Origin: Candidatus Omnitrophota bacterium
Lineage (GTDB): Bacteria; Omnitrophota; Omnitrophia; Omnitrophales; Aquincolibacteriaceae
Length of the DNA: 42,429 nucleotides
NCBI GenBank assembly: GCA_903819565.1
Contig: CAIJDY010000107.1
Location: 1 to 42,429 of the forward strand
Direction of reading: 5' to 3'
In this document: positions 38,241 through 42,429 of the stretch, piece after piece
How the letters are laid out: each line of letters opens with the position of its first letter
Position numbering within the stretch: the stretch's first letter is position 1
Made by a program: the position numbers and the translations under genes
Notes under the pieces: generated by a model
What the model saw: the letters and a program-made list of their open reading frames with translations, nothing else
Databases searched by the model: none
Told to the model about the DNA's origin: nothing

Positions 38241-38579
38241 ATGCAGTACAGAAACAGAATCAAGAGAGCTTTAGGGGTGTTCTTGGTAGCGACTTTTCTC
38301 TTCGGGGGACTGTCCATGCTACCGTTGGAGCGGGCGCAAGCCGCGCAACCTAAGGCGACTCTGCAGTTGCAGGATCAATCTTCGATGCCGGTGATCAATA
38401 TTAACAAAGCCACGGCCGAAGAACTGGACGCTATCCGGGGGGTCGGGCCTGTTTTGGCCGACCGGATCGTGAAGTTCCGGGAACAAAACGGTGCTTTTAA
38501 AAGCGTCGAGGATCTGTCGAAGGTCCGCGGAATTAACGGCTCCAAGTTCCAGAAGATCAAAGGTCAGGTTACGGTCTGA
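38241..38579 (+). CDS. comEA: ComEA-like helix-hairpin-helix DNA-binding protein with signal peptide
   Basis: Signal peptide ending AQA; ININKATAEELDAIRGVGP.LA.RIV.FR...G.FKSVEDL.KV.GI; GGAGG SD. Confidence 0.9.
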   Translation: MQYRNRIKRALGVFLVATFLFGGLSMLPLERAQAAQPKATLQLQDQSSMPVININKATAEELDAIRGVGPVLADRIVKFREQNGAFKSVEDLSKVRGINGSKFQKIKGQVTV

Positions 38580-38582
38580 AGT

Positions 38583-38677
38583 CTGTTTGTCTCGCAATCG
38601 CCGCAGGACCGGCAGGCGGGAGGCTACGGAACTCCCCTAGGAGTGGGGACGGTTCGGCGGTGTTGCGGGATGAACAG
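38583..38677 (+). ncRNA. Candidate structured RNA (long G-U-rich hairpin) in the comEA 3' region
   Basis: 38583-38597 pairs with 38663-38677 (15 bp, three G-U); 38598-38603 with 38655-38660; 38607-38611 with 38650-38654; apical TCCCC/GGGGA hairpin. No family recognised. Confidence 0.35.
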
Positions 38678-38680
38678 GGA

Positions 38681-38716
38681 AGGCCCGCCCCGATTTTCGG
38701 GGCGGGCTTTTCTTTT
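38681..38716 (+). terminator. Rho-independent terminator after comEA
   Basis: GCCCGCCCCGA-TTT-TCGGGGCGGGC followed by TTTTCTTTT. Confidence 0.85.
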
Positions 38717-38772
38717 AAGAGAACGTTCCGGGTGTTGAAGAGGGGACGTTCTCTCCGGGTGACGGCCTTCGC

Positions 38773-38801
38773 TTGATTCGCCATGTCCTTTTTGTTACAA
38801 T
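38773..38801 (+). promoter_or_regulatory. sigma70 promoter for glyQS
   Basis: TTGATT-17 nt-TACAAT with extended TG. Confidence 0.6.
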
Positions 38802-38864
38802 GCCGGGTCTTTCGCCCTTCGAGAAAGGGTGACTCTAAACAGGAAAGTCCCGGTCGATCCAATA

Positions 38865-39770
38865 ATGCCTAAGTTTCTGACATTCCAAGAGTTAATACAA
38901 AAACTGAACGACTTCTGGAGCAAACAAGGCTGCCTTGTAATGCAGCCCTATGACCTCGAAGTCGGCGCGGGGACTTTTTCCCCGAACACCTTCCTGAGGG
39001 CGCTCGGTCCGGAACCCTGGAAGGCTGCTTATGTGGAACCTTCCCGCCGGCCGACGGACGGCCGCTACGGGGAAAATCCTCATCGCACCCAGCACTACTA
39101 TCAGTATCAGGTTATCCTGAAACCCTCTCCGGAGAATTCCCAGGAACTTTATCTCGACAGCCTGCGCGCGGTCGGGATTGACCCTCTCTCGCATGACATC
39201 CGCTTCGTGGAGGACGACTGGGAGTCGCCGACGCTCGGGGCGTGGGGCCTCGGCTGGGAAGTCTGGCTCGACAGCCTTGAGATCACGCAGTTCACGTATT
39301 TTCAGCAGTGCGGAGGCATCGATCTGGACGTCGTTTCCTGCGAGATCACCTATGGTCTGGAACGCATCGCCATGTTCCTCCAGCAGAAGGAATCCCTCTT
39401 TGAAATACAATGGAACTCTGGGGTTACTTACGGGGACGTCCACCTGCAGGGAGAACGGGAATTCTCGAAATTCAATTTTGAAGGTTCGGATCCCGAGATC
39501 TACCGTCGCCATTTCGAGGATTACGAAAAACAGGCGGCCCGGCTTCTCGAGAACGGGATGGTCCTGCCGGCCTACGACTGTTGTCTCAAGACCTCGCACA
39601 TTTTTAATTTGCTGGACGCCCGGGGCGCGGTAAGCGTGAACGAACGGCCGCGTTATATTTCCCGCGTCCGCGCGCTGGCGCGCCGTTGCGCGGAGGCGTA
39701 TCTTGAAAGCCGCAAGGCCCAGAACTTTCCTTTGATCAAACCTGCCCGGAAGGCAGGGAAGAGAACCTAA
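38865..39770 (+). CDS. glyQ: Glycine--tRNA ligase alpha subunit
   Basis: [75 protein letters not shown]. Confidence 0.98.
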   Translation: MPKFLTFQELIQKLNDFWSKQGCLVMQPYDLEVGAGTFSPNTFLRALGPEPWKAAYVEPSRRPTDGRYGENPHRTQHYYQYQVILKPSPENSQELYLDSLRAVGIDPLSHDIRFVEDDWESPTLGAWGLGWEVWLDSLEITQFTYFQQCGGIDLDVVSCEITYGLERIAMFLQQKESLFEIQWNSGVTYGDVHLQGEREFSKFNFEGSDPEIYRRHFEDYEKQAARLLENGMVLPAYDCCLKTSHIFNLLDARGAVSVNERPRYISRVRALARRCAEAYLESRKAQNFPLIKPARKAGKRT

Positions 39771-41878
39771 TGCCCAATCTACTCGTTGAGATAGGAACGG
39801 AAGAGCTTCCCGTCGGGACACTGGACATCGTTTATGAGCAAATCGCCGTGCAACTGCGGCAGAAACTCGTGGACGAGAGGATCGCCTTCGAAGAGGTCAA
39901 GGTCGAGGCGACGCCGCGACGGATCGCGCTTTTTGTGCGCGGGATCGCGGCCATGCAGCAGGACCGCGAGCTTGAGATCTCCGGTCCTTCCAAGGAAAAA
40001 TGTTACGACGCCGGAGGAAATCCTACGCCGGTCCTTCAGGGTTTTTTGCGCAGCAAGCAGGCGGAGGCGAAAGACATTGAAGTGCGCGAGACGCCGAAGG
40101 GACCGTTTATTTTTCTGAGAAAAAAAGACAAAGGCCGGCCGGTCGTGCAGCTGCTCCCGGAGTTCCTGAAGCAGATCCTCACGTCGCTCCCTTTCCCGAA
40201 ATTCATGCGGTGGGAAACTTCAGGGTTCCGGTTCCCGCGGCCGGTTCGCTGGCTGGTGGTGCTTCTTGATAAAAAGCGCGTGCCCATGGATTTTGCGGGC
40301 ATGAAATCGGGGAACCGCAGCTTCGGTCACCGGTTCCTGGCTCCGCAGGGTTTCGTGATACCGCAAGCGGACTGGAAACTGTACGTCGCGTTATTGAAAA
40401 AGAAACATGTCCTGCTTGATCTTGCGGCGCGCGAAACGCTGATCCGGAACAAGCTTCGCGATGCGTTCGCTCAAAAACAGATTGACGAAGACCTTGTTCA
40501 CACGAACGCCCAGCTTGTCGAAGAACCTTATTTCCTCAAGGGGACCTTTTCCCAGCAATATCTCGAACTCCCGGCCGAAGTGCTGGCCAGTTGCATGAAG
40601 AAAAATCAAAAGATCTTCGCCTGTTATGACGCCGGGACGCGGCTCAGGAACCATTTCGTGGCCGTGATGAACGGGAAAAGGAACGGGCTCGCGAGGATCC
40701 AGAAGGACTACGAGAACGTTCTGGATTCTCGGCTGAAGGACGCTCGCTATTTTTACGAACTCGACACGAAAGAGCCGATGGAGAAGAAAAAACCCGTGTT
40801 GGCGCAGCTGGTCTATCTCGGCAAGCTGGGCTCGGTGCTCGACAAGACCGCGAGGCTCGAAAAAATGGCGCCGGAGTTCGCGCAGGCGTCGGGGCACGGG
40901 GAACTTTCCGCGGACCTCGCGCGCGTGGCGGCGCTTTCCAAGATCGATCTGGTGACCCATCTTGTTTATGAAATGCCGGACCTTCAGGGGATCGTCGGGC
41001 GCGAGTACGCCCTCGAGGCCAAGGAAAAGGAAACGGTCGCTTCCGCCATCGGCTCCCAGTACCTGCCGAAAAATCTCGCGGAAGACCGTCAAAAAGTGAA
41101 AAATTCCATGGGGCCTCTCGGCGCGCTTTTCGGGATCATGGACCGTCTGGATCTTTTGGTCGGGGCATTCGGCACCGGGATCGAACCGACCGGAAGCCAG
41201 GACCCGTTCGCGTTGCGCCGGGCCGGCGGGAGCCTGGTGAAACTTGTCCGCGCCTTTTCCGTTTCTTTTTCGCTGTCTCAACTGGTGGAAGCGAACATCC
41301 GTCTTTACGGTGAACGCCTCAGCCGTCCGGGCGAACTGAAAGCGGGGCTTTTGAAATTCCTGCAGGAGCGGGTCGCGTTTGAACTCGGCGTGAAAGCGGG
41401 GACATGGCCCGCCGAGATTCTTCAGGCGGTCTGCCGCACGGACTTTGACGATCTTGCGGGAGTTTATCGACGGTTCGACGCGCTTTGCGGGCTGTCCGAA
41501 AAGGAGCCCAAGATTTTTGTCAAGGCCGCCAAGGTGATCCAGCGGACGGCGAATATGCTCAAGGGGTACGGGAAGGCGGCTGGGGAACCCCGGCAAGAGT
41601 TGTTGATCGAAGAGCAGGAGAAAAAGATCTTTGAACTTGTCCAGACGCGGATGCACGAGGTCAAGGAGCCGTTGGATCACGGGGACTATGAAAAAGCGAC
41701 GCGCCTTTTCGCGCAGATCTTTTCAGCGCCCCTGCATGATTTTTTTGATCACGTGCTGATCAATGCGGAGAAACCGGAGCTTCGGGAGAACCGGATGGCG
41801 CTCGTGGCGAAGATTAACCGCCTTTACGCCGGGAGCCTTGCGGACCTTTCTGGACTATCCAGAATTGACGAAGAGTGA
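39770..41878 (+). CDS. glyS: Glycine--tRNA ligase beta subunit
   Basis: LLVEIGTEELP, TPRRI, FPKFMRW, PRPVRW, RLKDARYF, EMPDLQG..GREY, PTGSQDPFALRR, FFDHV, RENR; TAATG overlap with glyQ. Confidence 0.97.
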   Translation: MPNLLVEIGTEELPVGTLDIVYEQIAVQLRQKLVDERIAFEEVKVEATPRRIALFVRGIAAMQQDRELEISGPSKEKCYDAGGNPTPVLQGFLRSKQAEAKDIEVRETPKGPFIFLRKKDKGRPVVQLLPEFLKQILTSLPFPKFMRWETSGFRFPRPVRWLVVLLDKKRVPMDFAGMKSGNRSFGHRFLAPQGFVIPQADWKLYVALLKKKHVLLDLAARETLIRNKLRDAFAQKQIDEDLVHTNAQLVEEPYFLKGTFSQQYLELPAEVLASCMKKNQKIFACYDAGTRLRNHFVAVMNGKRNGLARIQKDYENVLDSRLKDARYFYELDTKEPMEKKKPVLAQLVYLGKLGSVLDKTARLEKMAPEFAQASGHGELSADLARVAALSKIDLVTHLVYEMPDLQGIVGREYALEAKEKETVASAIGSQYLPKNLAEDRQKVKNSMGPLGALFGIMDRLDLLVGAFGTGIEPTGSQDPFALRRAGGSLVKLVRAFSVSFSLSQLVEANIRLYGERLSRPGELKAGLLKFLQERVAFELGVKAGTWPAEILQAVCRTDFDDLAGVYRRFDALCGLSEKEPKIFVKAAKVIQRTANMLKGYGKAAGEPRQELLIEEQEKKIFELVQTRMHEVKEPLDHGDYEKATRLFAQIFSAPLHDFFDHVLINAEKPELRENRMALVAKINRLYAGSLADLSGLSRIDEE

Positions 41879-42090
41879 TATAATCGCCCCCTTCATCCCG
41901 TGACAACAGCCAAATTTGTTCATTTCACCGGACGAGTATTATAAGGAAGGCGGTTCACGTGGGGTTTTCTCCGGGGTTTCATCGGCTAAGTCGTGTTGCG
42001 AGGTTGGCGTTCCCTCCAGAGTCGATACGGGCTTTAATGAAATGGGGAAATTTTCATAACATCAAATAAAAAAAGGAGTTAAGAGCAAAA

Positions 42091-42429
42091 ATGAGTACAG
42101 CATCAGCCACAAAAAAGTCATCGAAATCATCTAAAACTAAATCCTCAAAATTCGTTTATTTCTTCGGAAGCGGTAAGGCCGAGGGCGACGCCAAGATGAA
42201 GCAGCTTCTCGGCGGCAAAGGAGCCAACCTTGCGGAAATGACCAATCTTGAAATTCCCGTGCCGGCCGGTTTCACGATCACGACCGAAACTTGCGACCTT
42301 TTCTATAAGAACGGCAAGAAGTGGCCCGCGGGTCTGGAGCAGCAGGTCCGCGAGAACATCGCCAAACTTGAAAAAGCCATGGGGCTGAAGCTCGGCGACC
42401 GGAACAACCCGCTTCTCGTTTCCGTGCGC
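42091..42429 (+). CDS. ppdK: Pyruvate, phosphate dikinase, 3'-partial (absent from the ORF track)
   Basis: AAGGAG upstream; KFVYFFG.GKAEG...MKQLLGGKGANLAEMT.L.IPVPAGFTITTE.C...PLLVSVR. Confidence 0.95.
   Translation, partial: MSTASATKKSSKSSKTKSSKFVYFFGSGKAEGDAKMKQLLGGKGANLAEMTNLEIPVPAGFTITTETCDLFYKNGKKWPAGLEQQVRENIAKLEKAMGLKLGDRNNPLLVSVR

Noticed and set aside
38600-38716. SRP (4.5S) RNA, T-box or glycine riboswitch upstream of glyQS
   Set aside because: CAGGACCGGCAGG lacks the GNRA loop and AGCAG of SRP helix 8; there is no T-box UGGNACC bulge or glycine aptamer motif; glyQS has its own promoter downstream of the terminator.
1-42429. CRISPR arrays, tRNA/rRNA genes, IS elements, integrases, prophage or known defence genes
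   Set aside because: By eye I found no spaced direct repeats, cloverleaf or T-loop signatures, or transposase/recombinase motifs.

Overview
Bacterial chromosomal segment, moderately GC-rich, mostly housekeeping genes. The gene mix (lptG, dapL-type aminotransferase, nadX, TMTC-like TPR glycosyltransferase, several B12-radical SAM genes) suggests a diderm PVC-group organism such as Ca. Omnitrophota; this is an inference, not tested. Order: 5'-partial degenerate-GGDEF/EAL protein; unknowns (secreted protein, Zn-ribbon membrane protein, orphan receiver, small helical protein); glgC; lptG, comF and an EfpL/YeiP-type EF-P paralog on the minus strand; an ~8 kb envelope-modification cluster (GT2, SAM methyltransferase, two B12-radical SAM, YdjC/HpnK deacetylase, ArnT/PMT-like GT-C); rluA-like, VF530, DnaQ-like exonuclease; rpsU-hisS-aspS-phoH-pgpH-like-ybeY-recO; an unknown two-gene unit; dapL-folK-panC-panD-nadX-uvrA; DUF2582, cutA, TMTC-like; an XRE-cupin regulator divergent from comEA; glyQ-glyS; 3'-partial ppdK. 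I saw no tRNA, rRNA, CRISPR array or transposase/integrase. Best lead: an unannotated 54-aa ORF (27783-27947, below the ORF-track cutoff) that is an ungapped paralog of the C-terminal ~45 residues of the 264-aa unknown protein just upstream, both behind their own sigma70 promoter and operator-like repeat. Other leads: the lipid-carrier amino-sugar pathway extended by radical SAM enzymes, a probable ATT start codon, a G-U-rich structured RNA after comEA, and probable leaderless mRNAs.
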